Part shown: piece by piece, positions 8,954 to 19,074 of the stretch
Layout of the letters: each line of letters begins with the position of its first letter
Numbering within the stretch: position 1 is the stretch's first letter
Position numbers and translations under genes: made by a program
Assembly (NCBI GenBank): GCA_041675085.1
Contig: JBAYUN010000002.1
Coordinates: forward strand, 79,967-143,966
Source: Minisyncoccota bacterium
GTDB lineage: Bacteria > Patescibacteriota > Minisyncoccia > Phycocordibacterales > UBA9973
Direction: 5' to 3'
DNA length: 64,000 nucleotides
The notes under the pieces: model-generated
The model's input: only the letters and a program-made list of their open reading frames with translations
What the model was told of the DNA's origin: nothing
The model's database searches: none

Positions 8954-11266
8954 TTAAATCACAGAATTGTTGATTTTATTTTCTGGTTTATTGTATAAAT
9001 TCTTTTTACGCAAGAAATATTTCAAAATTTCATTCATAAATATATAGACTAATGTCATTGTGAGCAAAACTGACAAAGTATTGTTGGACAAAGGAGCAAA
9101 TTTGAAAATCGAAGCTAGTCCGTTTTGGTAAATTAATACAAAAGGCATAATGAAAGCGAGCACAACTCCAATAGTCAAAGGCATAGACACAGGAGGAGAT
9201 TTCCATAAAGGTCGAGATGAGCGTATCGACAAGATTAGAGCAAGTTCAGCAAATACTGAGAACAAGAACCAACCCGTTTGAAATTCTGCCACTCCAGCAC
9301 CTTTATACATTTGGAAATAAAACAAATCAAACATACTAGATATCAAACCGAAAGCCAAAACGCGTTTTAGTATTTTCTTTGGCTCAAAATGTGGTACATG
9401 AGACAAAGCGTATTTGTCTGGATTGTCTGTAATGATGAGCATTAGAGGCAAATCAGTGAGTAAATTATTTAACAATATTTGAATTGGTAGCATTGGCAAA
9501 ACAGGATAAAAGAACGAAGCAATAATCAGAGAGAAAAAGGTTCCTGCATTCCCTGCTAATGTATACATGATATAAGTCAGGATATTACGCAAAGCCTTTC
9601 TACCCATATCTACACTTTTTAAAACTGGGAATAAATCTTTTTCTAATAAAATAATATCTGCAGATTCTTTGGCTATATCTGTCGCATTGTCTACTGCTAT
9701 ACCTATATCGGCACGCTTTAAAGCTAAAGCGTCATTGATACCATCACCCAAGAAAGCCACAGGGCCGAGAGCTATATATCTATCCATGAGCTCGAGCTTG
9801 TTTACTGGGGTGCATTTTGCAAAGACCAAAGCTTTCAATAAATCCTCATCTGTCAGGTCTTTGACTTCGATTTTATCTAGAGAGAAAATATTTTCTCTAC
9901 TACAAGGAATTTTTAATTCCTCTATCACACTCTGTGCTACTTCGCTAGAATCTCCTGTGAGTATTTTTACATCAATACCTTTTTCTTTAGCGAGATTAAA
10001 AGATTCGAGTGAGCTCGGCTTGACTGGATCATAAAATGCAACAAAGCCAGCGAATTCCCAAACTCCCCCCATACTCCAGGCTACACCCATAACTCTCATA
10101 CCCTTGCTCTCGTAAACATGAGCAGACTCCAAAATCCCAGCTACGGATTTTGAATTTTTGCATTCAGCTAAAACTTTATTTAAAATTCCACGAATCACTT
10201 TGACTCCACCTTCTAAAACAAAAACTTCATATCCAGACTCATGAGTAAACTGAGTAAAGTCCAATATCTTTTTTGGATTGGTTTTAATCTTACCAACAGA
10301 AGAATTCAAGGCTCCGTCATAAGCAATATCCAAAGGTGTCCTCTCGTACTCACCCTCTGATACAGAATTAGACATCTCCCAAAAATTAGATTGATCAAAA
10401 ACATAAGACACTCGCAATTTATTTTCAGTTATGGTACCAGTCTTGTCAGTCAATAAAAATCTCAAAGCTCCAATACTCTCAAGAGAAGAAAGTCTTTTGA
10501 CGATAACTTTATTTTTCGCCAACAACACAGACTCACGAGTGAGAATAATAGTAATGATCAAAGGCAACATTTCTGGAACTACTCCTACCAACATTGCGAT
10601 AGCAAATACAAAGAAATGAGCTAGATCGTATTTACCAAGAACGAAAACCAAAAGAAACATAGCTATCAACAAAGTCACAAGCGAAATAATAAAAATATAC
10701 TTGATGACCTTTTCTGTAAACTCGTTGAAACTACTCCATTTTTTAACTTCCTCTAATTTTTCTTTATATTTTGCCACAGAAGAATCAGCCTGTAAGGCTA
10801 CTACATGTGCGACTATCTTCCCGCCCGAGACTATCGCTCCAGCAAAAAGATTGTCCCCCATTTTTACCTCTTTGGACATAGTCTCTCCAGTTCGCACCGA
10901 ATCGTCCACAAAAGCATTCACTGATTCAATAACAGAAACATCAACAGGCACGATAGACCCAGCGATAAAATGAACAATATCGCCTACCACTAATTCATTA
11001 CCATTCACCTGTATAAGTTTCCCTTCTCTAAATACATAGACTTTAGTCTGAACCAAATGCAATAATTTTTCTGTAGCTTTTGAAGCTTTAAATTCTTGAT
11101 ATAAATCCAGAAAGGTATTTATTAAAATAATCACCACTATGATTATCCCGTCCAATTTCTCTCCAGCAAAAAAAGAAACGAAAGCCGAAACAACAAGCAA
11201 GATAAAAAACAAAGAAGAAACTTGCTTCTTTAGAATAGAAAGAATTAACTTAAAGTTTTCATTCAT
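8954..11266 (-). CDS. Cation-transporting P-type ATPase (P2-type, Ca2+/Mg2+-like)
   Basis: 770 aa. DKTGTITENK phosphorylation motif, GDGINDALALKRADIGIAV hinge, about 10 TM segments. Confidence 0.8.
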   Translation of the reverse strand: MNENFKLILSILKKQVSSLFFILLVVSAFVSFFAGEKLDGIIIVVIILINTFLDLYQEFKASKATEKLLHLVQTKVYVFREGKLIQVNGNELVVGDIVHFIAGSIVPVDVSVIESVNAFVDDSVRTGETMSKEVKMGDNLFAGAIVSGGKIVAHVVALQADSSVAKYKEKLEEVKKWSSFNEFTEKVIKYIFIISLVTLLIAMFLLVFVLGKYDLAHFFVFAIAMLVGVVPEMLPLIITIILTRESVLLAKNKVIVKRLSSLESIGALRFLLTDKTGTITENKLRVSYVFDQSNFWEMSNSVSEGEYERTPLDIAYDGALNSSVGKIKTNPKKILDFTQFTHESGYEVFVLEGGVKVIRGILNKVLAECKNSKSVAGILESAHVYESKGMRVMGVAWSMGGVWEFAGFVAFYDPVKPSSLESFNLAKEKGIDVKILTGDSSEVAQSVIEELKIPCSRENIFSLDKIEVKDLTDEDLLKALVFAKCTPVNKLELMDRYIALGPVAFLGDGINDALALKRADIGIAVDNATDIAKESADIILLEKDLFPVLKSVDMGRKALRNILTYIMYTLAGNAGTFFSLIIASFFYPVLPMLPIQILLNNLLTDLPLMLIITDNPDKYALSHVPHFEPKKILKRVLAFGLISSMFDLFYFQMYKGAGVAEFQTGWFLFSVFAELALILSIRSSRPLWKSPPVSMPLTIGVVLAFIMPFVLIYQNGLASIFKFAPLSNNTLSVLLTMTLVYIFMNEILKYFLRKKNLYNKPENKINNSVI

Positions 11267-11304
11267 TACTTATATAATAGCAGAATAATTTATTTATTAG
11301 AAAT

Positions 11305-12906
11305 TTATTCACCAACAGCAACACCAGAGTCTTGAGCTTGAGCATTAAACCAATACTGCAACTTGTCTTCATTGGTTTGATATTTCATATTAGGAATACT
11401 AGAGACAGCTTTTAAAGCATTTTTACTGTAATCATCTAATTTAAGAGTCACAAAAGAAGCAGCACTAGCACTAGGTCCCATTTTTGGATTAAAAAGTTTT
11501 AATAAAATATTAACCTTTTTCTCTTTTGCTAATTCTAAAACCTTGGCTATTTGTTGATCATAACTATCAGAATCCAAAGTATTATCTGGTTCATCGGTTA
11601 TAACAATAATATCTTTCCCAATACTACTTTCATCTAAAGATACTAGAGCCTTTTCTAAGGTCTGCAGATGAGCCTCGTTATTCCCTCCCTCAAGAGTCAG
11701 GGTCTTAATTTTACTATCAGTATTTTTATTTATCTTTTCTATAATCTTAGAAGCATACTCAGAATCATTTTCCATTGACTTTGATTTGTCCAATATAACG
11801 AAGGCTGCGTTTAAATATTCTTTTTCTTCAGGAGATATCTCCATCTTTTCAGCTTTGTTTATTATTTTCTTAACCACCTCTAAAGACATGCCTTGATTCA
11901 AATCAATTTCTTTTTGCTTTTCAAGATCAGTCATATTGTCTATTTCTTCTTGAGAGAATTTATCAGACAACGCAACTCCTTTAGACATAGATTCTATTTC
12001 AAGATTTTGCAAATAATCTTCTCCATACTTTTCTTTTATAATTTTTTTCAATAAAGCTAAACCTGCTTGCTCTCTGGCTTTAGCAATTTGAGTATTTTTA
12101 TCCCCGTCAGGATTCTCTACAGATATATCTCCCCACTTTCTATCTACAGAATACGTACCCAAAACACGGATACTAGAATTCTCTAAGTCATTAATAGAAT
12201 CCAAGAAATCACGCACAGACTGTTCTGCTTTTAATTCTGCGTCTTTGTCTACGTATTCCACTGTACCTGTTTTGAAAAAAGAAGAAATATTTATTTTCTT
12301 TGTATTATTATCTGGACCGTCGATAGACTCATTGTCTTGATTTTTCTTTAATAAGTTATTGTCTAAGACTGCACCTATTTTATATTTATTTCCATCAGGA
12401 CCTTCTAATACTGTACCTGGTGCCAATTTACCTGCCTTCACTAAATCATAATTTTTAGAAACCCATTTCTCCATATTTTTCTTTCTCACTTCTTCTAAAT
12501 CATTCATAGCAAGCTTGTCTCCATTCTTGTCGAAAGTTTGAGTTGTTTGCCCCACAGCTTCGCTAGTACCAGCAAGCATAATACCTGCCATAGTTACAGC
12601 TTTGGCAGTATTCTTAATATAGTTTTTTAGTTTATCTAAAGCAGTAAGTTTAGTTTTTAAAGCAGGGATATTTTCTACAGTCTCGGGAGGTAAGCCAAGT
12701 TCTAAGCGAACTTCGTTGGTTTGCTCTACGTGTTTTTTTATCTCCCCTTCTAGTCCTACTATCTGCTCTTCAATTTTATTTATATCTGCAATATTTTCAG
12801 TCGGAGAACTTAATTCTACTTGTTCTATATTTTCGCTCTGAGATTTTTCTGGAGTAATCACACCATCTTCATTAGAATCTTTTTTATCAAAATTTGTTGT
12901 TTCCAT
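11305..12906 (-). CDS. Membrane-anchored coiled-coil protein with C-terminal von Willebrand factor A-like domain
   Basis: 533 aa. TM segment AVTMAGIMLAGT, long charged coiled coil, and a C-terminal MIDAS-like DKSKS motif followed by IIVITDEPDN. Confidence 0.45.
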   Translation of the reverse strand: METTNFDKKDSNEDGVITPEKSQSENIEQVELSSPTENIADINKIEEQIVGLEGEIKKHVEQTNEVRLELGLPPETVENIPALKTKLTALDKLKNYIKNTAKAVTMAGIMLAGTSEAVGQTTQTFDKNGDKLAMNDLEEVRKKNMEKWVSKNYDLVKAGKLAPGTVLEGPDGNKYKIGAVLDNNLLKKNQDNESIDGPDNNTKKINISSFFKTGTVEYVDKDAELKAEQSVRDFLDSINDLENSSIRVLGTYSVDRKWGDISVENPDGDKNTQIAKAREQAGLALLKKIIKEKYGEDYLQNLEIESMSKGVALSDKFSQEEIDNMTDLEKQKEIDLNQGMSLEVVKKIINKAEKMEISPEEKEYLNAAFVILDKSKSMENDSEYASKIIEKINKNTDSKIKTLTLEGGNNEAHLQTLEKALVSLDESSIGKDIIVITDEPDNTLDSDSYDQQIAKVLELAKEKKVNILLKLFNPKMGPSASAASFVTLKLDDYSKNALKAVSSIPNMKYQTNEDKLQYWFNAQAQDSGVAVGE

Positions 12907-12974
12907 ACACTAATAGTAACACAATAAGATAAAAACAATAGTATCAAAGAGAGCTCTAATTAATTTGCTTATTC

Positions 12975-13060
12975 TGGTGCGCAGGAGAGGATTTGAACCT
13001 CCACGCCCTTACGGGCACTACCACCTCAAGGTAGCTTGGCTACCGTTACAACACCTGCGC
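12975..13060 (-). tRNA. tRNA-Leu (anticodon GAG), type II with long variable arm, CCA encoded
   Basis: The reverse complement folds as a cloverleaf: acceptor gcgcagg/cctgcgc, 3-bp D stem, anticodon stem ctacc/ggtag with loop ttGAGgt, a 15-nt variable arm and a T arm ggagg-ttcaaat-cctcc. Confidence 0.85.
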
Positions 13061-13062
13061 TT

Positions 13063-13758
13063 TTATTGATATTTGCTTTGCTGTAATTCTTCTACTTTTA
13101 AAGCTTTTTCTATTTTGAGCTTTTTACGAGACAAGCAAATAACATTAGGATTATAGTACATTTTCTTTATAATTTCTAGTGCTTCTTTTTTGGCGTATTT
13201 TAATTGATAAGTCACCCGTTGACCATCCTGTGTTACATGTCCGATTATTCCAACTTTCTTTTTAAGTTCTGCTCTTAACCAATCAATATGTTTTTTGCTC
13301 GCAGAGACAAATTCAATATAAAACATATGGCTCGATCGCCATCTCGGATCCCAATATGAGTAAAAACATCCGTCACCATCAAAACAACCACGCAAAAAAT
13401 CAAAAAAATATTCTTCAGGAATTTTTATTTTCCCTATGGTTTTAGATTTTGCTGGAGTTAATCCAATAGATAATAAAAAATCATAAAAAATTCTATTTTT
13501 AAATTGTATTCTAAAACAAATATCCCCAGTACTATTTAATTTAGTTCCTATTTTAAATTCCACTCCAACTGACTTTGAAAAATTATTTAATTGCTCTTTA
13601 TCTTTAGAGGTTAAATCTATTAGTAAAGTATCTTTAGACAAACAACCATCTGTCACCAATAATCCTACAGCGTAAGCTAAATTTGGATTCCATTCTTCTT
13701 TAATAATTCTTTTTGGTTTAGGTCCCCTTTTCCCCATATTTATATTATATAATCTCAA
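13063..13758 (-). CDS. LAGLIDADG-family homing endonuclease-like protein (double-motif)
   Basis: 231 aa with two LAGLIDADG-like motifs, AVGLLVTDGCLS and FLRGCFDGDGCFYS. The stop codon lies 2 nt from the 5' end of tRNA-Leu. Confidence 0.65.
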   Translation of the reverse strand: MRLYNINMGKRGPKPKRIIKEEWNPNLAYAVGLLVTDGCLSKDTLLIDLTSKDKEQLNNFSKSVGVEFKIGTKLNSTGDICFRIQFKNRIFYDFLLSIGLTPAKSKTIGKIKIPEEYFFDFLRGCFDGDGCFYSYWDPRWRSSHMFYIEFVSASKKHIDWLRAELKKKVGIIGHVTQDGQRVTYQLKYAKKEALEIIKKMYYNPNVICLSRKKLKIEKALKVEELQQSKYQ

Positions 13759-13788
13759 AGGAATAGCGTCTACTAATTATTAAACAAA

Positions 13789-13822
13789 AAAATAAAACTC
13801 CAATTCTGAAGTTTTATTTTTT
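13789..13822. terminator. A/T-rich hairpin terminator downstream of rplS
   Basis: Stem aaaataaaac / gttttatttt with a 12-nt loop, followed by T-run. Confidence 0.4.
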
Positions 13823-13834
13823 GAATATTTAATA

Positions 13835-14344
13835 TTATTCTGTTGCATTTTCTGTAACCTCTGTAGCTTCTGCTACTTCTTCGTCTTTTTCTTCTTCTAG
13901 ATTTTTATCAACAGCCACAGCTCTTAATCTCTTTCTAACATCCTTAACTGCTTTTGTACGGATATAATATAGTTTTGAACGTCTTGCACTAGCTCTCTTT
14001 GTGATTTCGATCTTTTCAATAGTTGGAGCAAATAACGGGAAAATTCTTTCTACTCCTACTCCAGAAGCAACTTTACGAACTGTAAAAGTAGCTCCTATCT
14101 CTGTGCCATGCTTACGAGCAAGGACAAGTCCTTCAAAAGCTTGGACACGGTATTTAATAATAGATTCACCTTTCTTTTTACCTTCTTTTTGTTCAGCAAT
14201 CTTATATGAAACACGTACAGTGTCCCCCGCTTTAAAATCAAGCTTTTTTCGAGCTGCTACATCAACTGTGGTAAGTTTTATTTTGTTTGTTACATTTCCT
14301 GCCATAATGTCCTTTACTTTAGCATAAATCATTTCTAAAGGCAA
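13835..14344 (-). CDS. rplS: 50S ribosomal protein L19 with C-terminal acidic extension
   Basis: FKAGDTVRV...ERIFPLFAPTIEKIEI...RRSKLYYIR matches the L19 signature. Confidence 0.85.
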   Translation of the reverse strand: MPLEMIYAKVKDIMAGNVTNKIKLTTVDVAARKKLDFKAGDTVRVSYKIAEQKEGKKKGESIIKYRVQAFEGLVLARKHGTEIGATFTVRKVASGVGVERIFPLFAPTIEKIEITKRASARRSKLYYIRTKAVKDVRKRLRAVAVDKNLEEEKDEEVAEATEVTENATE

Positions 14345-14436
14345 ACATATAAACCAATATACATATTTGACTTAAAATCCTATTAATTATACTATCAAAA
14401 TGAAATATAGTTTTTTAACAATCAAATACATGTAAT

Positions 14437-15144
14437 ATGGCGACCTTAGCGAGCAAAAAATCTCAAGTAATTTCTTTAGAATTTCAAAAAACCATTAAAG
14501 GTACAAATGATTTATTAACTTTTTCTGGATTATACACAGAAGAAATGAAAAAAATCATAAAAAAGTTACAAGCAAATGAAGGAAAAACAATTCGTTTGTT
14601 TTTTACTAGAATTTCAAAAAATTGTCTTATGGAGGATTTAGGAGATTTTTTTGGAATACCCAATAACATAACAGAAAAAAGTTTTGATTTTACAAGTGGT
14701 AGAATAATTTCGTTAAAAATGTATTCAGACAATGATTTTATAAATCACATAAGGTTTGATAATATTTTAGGAGTTATACCTTCTTTAGGAATAATACGAT
14801 CAGACCAAATAATTGAAACCAGAAACACAGAATTAGCTCAAAAATATTTTTCGTTTAAAGAAGACGTTATTCAAACTTTAAAAACCTTTATTGAAAAACA
14901 CAAGGATCACCATATAAAAATTTTTCTTTCAAATAATTATGTTATAGAAGGAGAGGTTTTAGAAATTAACAAGTCCAATCTACTAATTTTAATGAGTAGA
15001 AAAAGGACTGAAGATTTTAATACTGTAATACTTGGTGTGAGCAACGAGAACGTTTATTTTATTGAAAAAGATTATTTTATAAAAAAAATATTAATTTTCC
15101 CAAGCAAGGAGACCTTCGGTCTACATGACGATGGCGGCTACTAA
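14437..15144 (+). CDS. Hypothetical protein
   Basis: 235-aa ORF with lysine-rich composition and no recognisable motif. It is bounded by a terminator. Confidence 0.5.
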   Translation: MATLASKKSQVISLEFQKTIKGTNDLLTFSGLYTEEMKKIIKKLQANEGKTIRLFFTRISKNCLMEDLGDFFGIPNNITEKSFDFTSGRIISLKMYSDNDFINHIRFDNILGVIPSLGIIRSDQIIETRNTELAQKYFSFKEDVIQTLKTFIEKHKDHHIKIFLSNNYVIEGEVLEINKSNLLILMSRKRTEDFNTVILGVSNENVYFIEKDYFIKKILIFPSKETFGLHDDGGY

Positions 15145-15156
15145 AACTCACAACAC

Positions 15157-15195
15157 AAAGAGCGAATCTATAATAGAAACGCTCTTTTTATTTTA
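15157..15195. terminator. Bidirectional rho-independent terminator
   Basis: Hairpin aaagagcg-N15-cgctcttt followed by T-run. It lies between convergent genes. Confidence 0.6.
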
Positions 15196-15904
15196 ATAAA
15201 TTCTCAAATTCTAAAGGCAACTCGGATTCTACTTTCATAATATCTCCTTTGAGATTTTTAAATTTTATAGATTTAGCATGAAGCATCATTCTATCTATAT
15301 CTTTCATCTTCAAGCCGTCAGGGTTATATAGAGAGTCCCCTACTACAGGATGATTTAAGTATTTCATATGGACCCTTATCTGATGAGTGCGACCTGTCTT
15401 TGGACGGACTTCGAGATAAGTAAATTTATTGCCTTTTCGGTCTTCAATCTTTTTCAAAACTGTGTATTCGGTAATAGCTTCACGCAATTCCCCTCTCGCT
15501 CCTCTCCCTGCCAAACGACGACGAAAATCAGTCGGGCTTCTACCTATCTCTTTATTGATAGTACCCCTATCTTCTTTAAAAGTTCCTATGACTAGAGTAT
15601 TGTAAACTTTACGGACTTCTCTATTTTTAAATTGCTCTTTCAGAGAATCAAAACTTTTTTTATTTTTAGCCAATATTAAAACTCCCGAAGTGTCACGGTC
15701 GAGTCTATGCACTATCCCCGGACGAGGTATTTCTTTTTCTTCGAACATTTTAGGTTCTCCTACACCCGCCATTTTAGGATAATTTTTCAATATCCAATCT
15801 ACTAGAGTTTTACTCTTGATTCGGCCGTCAGAGTGCACAGCTAAACCGACTGGCTTATCTATAGCAAGGATGTCTTTATCTTCATAGAGTATTTTTATTT
15901 TCAT
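15188..15904 (-). CDS. RluA-family pseudouridine synthase
   Basis: Catalytic motif HRLDRDTSGVLILAKN. 238 aa. Confidence 0.8.
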   Translation of the reverse strand: MKIKILYEDKDILAIDKPVGLAVHSDGRIKSKTLVDWILKNYPKMAGVGEPKMFEEKEIPRPGIVHRLDRDTSGVLILAKNKKSFDSLKEQFKNREVRKVYNTLVIGTFKEDRGTINKEIGRSPTDFRRRLAGRGARGELREAITEYTVLKKIEDRKGNKFTYLEVRPKTGRTHQIRVHMKYLNHPVVGDSLYNPDGLKMKDIDRMMLHAKSIKFKNLKGDIMKVESELPLEFENLLK

Positions 15905-15940
15905 AAATTGTGTGCCTGGGGCAGGATATCTTTCCTTATG

Positions 15941-16012
15941 TGCCTTCGGTAGGAATCGAACCTACATCAAAGCCTTAGAAGAGCTCTGTTCTATCCATTG
16001 AACTACGAAGGC
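15941..16012 (-). tRNA. tRNA-Arg (anticodon TCT)
   Basis: The reverse complement folds as a cloverleaf: acceptor gccttcg/cgaaggc, D arm gttc-aatggata-gaac, anticodon loop ctTCTaa, T arm gtagg-ttcgatt-cctac. No CCA encoded. Confidence 0.8.
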
Positions 16013-16016
16013 AATG

Positions 16017-16089
16017 TGCGCGATACAGGACTCGAACCTGTGACCTTCCCGGTGTAAACGGGTTGCTCTACCAACTGAGCTAACCGCGC
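16017..16089 (-). tRNA. tRNA-Val (anticodon TAC)
   Basis: The reverse complement is gcgcggttagctcagttggtagagc...ttTACac...acagg-ttcgagt-cctgt-atcgcgc. It sits 4 nt from tRNA-Arg. Confidence 0.8.
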
Positions 16090-16121
16090 ATTAAAACAAG
16101 CACTAACTTAAATTAGCATTT

Positions 16122-16445
16122 TTAAAGCGATGGGTCAATAATCAAAGTTTCACTATCCAATATTTTAGCAGAATTTGCTTGTTTTTGATCAAAGTACTCA
16201 ATGATATTTTTTATCTTATTTCTCTGATTTGTACCTACAGAATTCTGATCATTCTCTGTATTTACGGCTAAATCTTTGGTTAAATTTTGAAATGTAAAAT
16301 AACCAAACACAGCTCCACCCAAAAATATTAAAAAAAATATAGACAACAATACATTCCAAAATTTATTTGGATCAATTTGGTTGTTTTCTTTTTTGAAAAC
16401 TTTTTTTGATTTAAATTTTTGTAAAAAATTAATATTTAAATTCAT
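16122..16445 (-). CDS. Small single-pass membrane protein at the end of the pilMNO cluster (hypothetical; PilP-like position)
   Basis: 107 aa with one TM helix (LLSIFFLIFLGGAVFGYF). The call rests on operon position only. Confidence 0.4.
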   Translation of the reverse strand: MNLNINFLQKFKSKKVFKKENNQIDPNKFWNVLLSIFFLIFLGGAVFGYFTFQNLTKDLAVNTENDQNSVGTNQRNKIKNIIEYFDQKQANSAKILDSETLIIDPSL

Positions 16446-16448
16446 AAA

Positions 16449-17000
16449 TTAATTCGCTAAAAAGCTAAGTACTTTTAATTTAAAATCTGCTCGCCATTTA
16501 GGAGATTCTCCTATACCTGAAATATCCCCTTCAGATTCTCTAAAGAATTTAGCAGAAACTACATCTAGTTCATATTTAGAATTTTCAAGCAACAGTAAAA
16601 ATTTGTAAACAGAATTAAAACTTCCACCAATATGTAATGCAATCGAGAAATTTTTTGTCTTATCATTCGGTACTTCAACAAAAGTTACTTCAGCTCTAGC
16701 CCCAACAGAAGTAGCTAATTCTTCCAAAGAACTTAAATACAATGCAACTTGTTCGTCTTTTTGATTTTCATTAATAAAATGAGAATCCAATATTGCTATC
16801 TCTGTATCTATTTCTGATATGGCTTTATTCAAAGACTGTATCTCTTCCCTTCTATCTTCTTCGGCTTTATAATCGTTGGTCAATTGCTCGTAAGCCCCAT
16901 GATTCATATTTATCCCTCGATACAAAAAGAATAGTCCTAAAGACATAGATACTAGAAACAATCCCGAGAATATTAAACTTTTGACATAAACTTTTTTCAT
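16449..17000 (-). CDS. pilO: PilO-like type IV pilus assembly protein
   Basis: N-terminal TM followed by a coiled coil (EQLTNDYKAEEDRREEIQSLNKAISEIDTEIAILD), located directly after pilN. Confidence 0.5.
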   Translation of the reverse strand: MKKVYVKSLIFSGLFLVSMSLGLFFLYRGINMNHGAYEQLTNDYKAEEDRREEIQSLNKAISEIDTEIAILDSHFINENQKDEQVALYLSSLEELATSVGARAEVTFVEVPNDKTKNFSIALHIGGSFNSVYKFLLLLENSKYELDVVSAKFFRESEGDISGIGESPKWRADFKLKVLSFLAN

Positions 17001-17001
17001 A

Positions 17002-17550
17002 TTAATTAGGAGTTAGGATTAAGTTAAATTGGATATTGGTTGATTTGATAAAATTCGAAATAGGCAGATCAACTTTTTTAAAGTCCGCATCTCTGTCGAA
17101 ACTATTCTTAAACGCCAAAAGGTCGTCACGAGTCAAAGCCGAGCCTCTCACTTCCAAGGTCATACTTTTTGTCTCATCATTTAGATAATTCATCTCAGTA
17201 ACTTTAATACCACTTGTTAACTTTGCATCAATTTTATTGATAACTCTTTCTGAGACCAAGAATTTATCTTTTTGTGAATTTTCTACCAAGTTTAATTTGT
17301 TCTCTAAATCTTTTATCAAATTCTCAGCTCCTTGTTCGAATTCTATCGGAGGATTATCTTTCTGCGCACCCAATTGACCCACAGCAATATCTCTCTCAAG
17401 AGAAGAATAAAAAAAAGAAGGCAAAAGCAAAATAGCAGACAATAACACCCCTACCCCGAGCACCACAAAAGTCACGATCACAAATCGAATATAAAATACT
17501 TTTCTGATTACTTTTTTTTCTTCACTTGGTATTAAATTAATCATGTTCAA
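17002..17550 (-). CDS. pilN: PilN-like type IV pilus assembly protein
   Basis: Starts MNMINLIPSEEKK (the INLLP signature of PilN) followed by a TM helix. It overlaps pilM by 14 nt. Confidence 0.6.
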   Translation of the reverse strand: MNMINLIPSEEKKVIRKVFYIRFVIVTFVVLGVGVLLSAILLLPSFFYSSLERDIAVGQLGAQKDNPPIEFEQGAENLIKDLENKLNLVENSQKDKFLVSERVINKIDAKLTSGIKVTEMNYLNDETKSMTLEVRGSALTRDDLLAFKNSFDRDADFKKVDLPISNFIKSTNIQFNLILTPN

Positions 17551-18625
17551 AGTCTCTTAATGATAAACCTATAGCGGTCGCAAAAGACAAAGCTTTCCTC
17601 GAAGGTATAGAAGGTATGTGCATTTTTAGGTCGCAAATATTACTCCAGACATTCGCTATCTCAACTTCTGTTTTCATACTGACTGCAAAATAATCCGCCA
17701 ATCCTATAATACTAGAATTCCCACCACAAAGCAGGATTTTCTTAATAGGAGGATTACGGACGCCGTCTTCGTCTTCGTGAGTATGCCAATACATAAAATT
17801 CTTTTGAATCTCATCTCTTAAGATAGATGCTCCGTTTAGTAGAATAGGGAAAATTTCTTTATTCTCTAGATTTCTCTGCAAGCCGTAAGTGATTTTAATT
17901 TTCTCAGCTTCTTCAAAAGAAATATTTAAATTCTTTTGTATCATTTCGCTAAAAGTCACTCCACCGAAATCCACGGTAGAAGTAAACATAACAATACCTC
18001 CAGACACGATAAAAATCCCAGTTCTCCTCTCTCCGAAATCAATAATCATATAAGTATCTTTATCCTCTTTTTTGATTATAGAACGAGCGATAGCTTGAGC
18101 TTCGAGCTCAAAAGAATGCACATTAATAGCACAATTCTCAAATACAGCTAGATAGTCTTCGATAATATTTACCTGTATTGCTCCTACTTGGAGGATCAAT
18201 TTATGCTCTGTTTCCTCTAAAATATCATAATCAAAAATAGCCTCCGAAGCAGGTATCGGGATATGTTCTTCTAATACTAGCTCGATACTTTCTTTGACAT
18301 TAGAGATGCTCTCTTTGTCCAATTTTAATTTAAAAAGATAAATCTGATTTTCCAAGATAGACACACGTACGTCTTTTATTTTAACTTCCTTTTTTAAATC
18401 TAAAATAATTTCTTCTAGTTTTTCTTTATCGATTATTTTGCCGAGTTCTACGACTCCATTAGGTATTTTCTTTTCTCCATACTTTCTAGTCTGAATACCG
18501 TTCTTGCTAGAAACTAGCTCCATATATTTTATAGAATCATCTGAAATATCCAAACCAAAAGAAGGCATCTCTAAATAAATTGGTGTAGAAAATATTTTAT
18601 TTGCTTTATGAGTACTTCGTAACAT
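17537..18625 (-). CDS. pilM: PilM, actin-like ATPase of the type IV pilus assembly system
   Basis: 362 aa. N-terminal FGLDISDDSIKYMEL (the GLDIGS-type motif of PilM/FtsA-fold proteins). Confidence 0.7.
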   Translation of the reverse strand: MLRSTHKANKIFSTPIYLEMPSFGLDISDDSIKYMELVSSKNGIQTRKYGEKKIPNGVVELGKIIDKEKLEEIILDLKKEVKIKDVRVSILENQIYLFKLKLDKESISNVKESIELVLEEHIPIPASEAIFDYDILEETEHKLILQVGAIQVNIIEDYLAVFENCAINVHSFELEAQAIARSIIKKEDKDTYMIIDFGERRTGIFIVSGGIVMFTSTVDFGGVTFSEMIQKNLNISFEEAEKIKITYGLQRNLENKEIFPILLNGASILRDEIQKNFMYWHTHEDEDGVRNPPIKKILLCGGNSSIIGLADYFAVSMKTEVEIANVWSNICDLKMHIPSIPSRKALSFATAIGLSLRDFEHD

Positions 18626-18677
18626 TACAAATATATTATACTATAAAATATATTTTTTCTGCTATTCTTTTTTAGAA

Positions 18678-19058
18678 TTATTTAGCTTTTATTCCTTCTT
18701 GAATATTTTGATCTGGATAAAGTAGAGAAAAACTTCCGTCACTAGACGAGACAGCCAATATCATGCCGTTACTCTCAAGTCCGCGAATACTTCTAGGAGC
18801 GAGATTAGTAACAAACATGACTTTTTTATTCACGAGTACACTATAGTCTTCGAAATAAAGAGCTATCCCTGAGACTATCTGTCGTACATCTTCGGATACA
18901 GTTTCTATCTCATTCCCCTCTTCGTCTTTTTCTACTTTTTTTATTTCTCCAAAAGAAACAGAAAGTTTCAACAACTTATCCGCGTCTTCTACTTTTTCTA
19001 CTGTTAAAATTTTCCCCACTTTCAATTCTACTTTCAGAAAATCATCTATATTAATCAT
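18678..19058 (-). CDS. tRNA-binding domain protein (CsaA / Trbp111 / EMAP-like)
   Basis: VGKILTVEKVEDADKLLKLSVSFGE...RQIVSGIALYFE...LAPRSIRGLESNGMILA matches the OB-fold tRNA-binding domain. Confidence 0.75.
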   Translation of the reverse strand: MINIDDFLKVELKVGKILTVEKVEDADKLLKLSVSFGEIKKVEKDEEGNEIETVSEDVRQIVSGIALYFEDYSVLVNKKVMFVTNLAPRSIRGLESNGMILAVSSSDGSFSLLYPDQNIQEGIKAK

Positions 19059-19074
19059 TTTATTTTTATGTATT

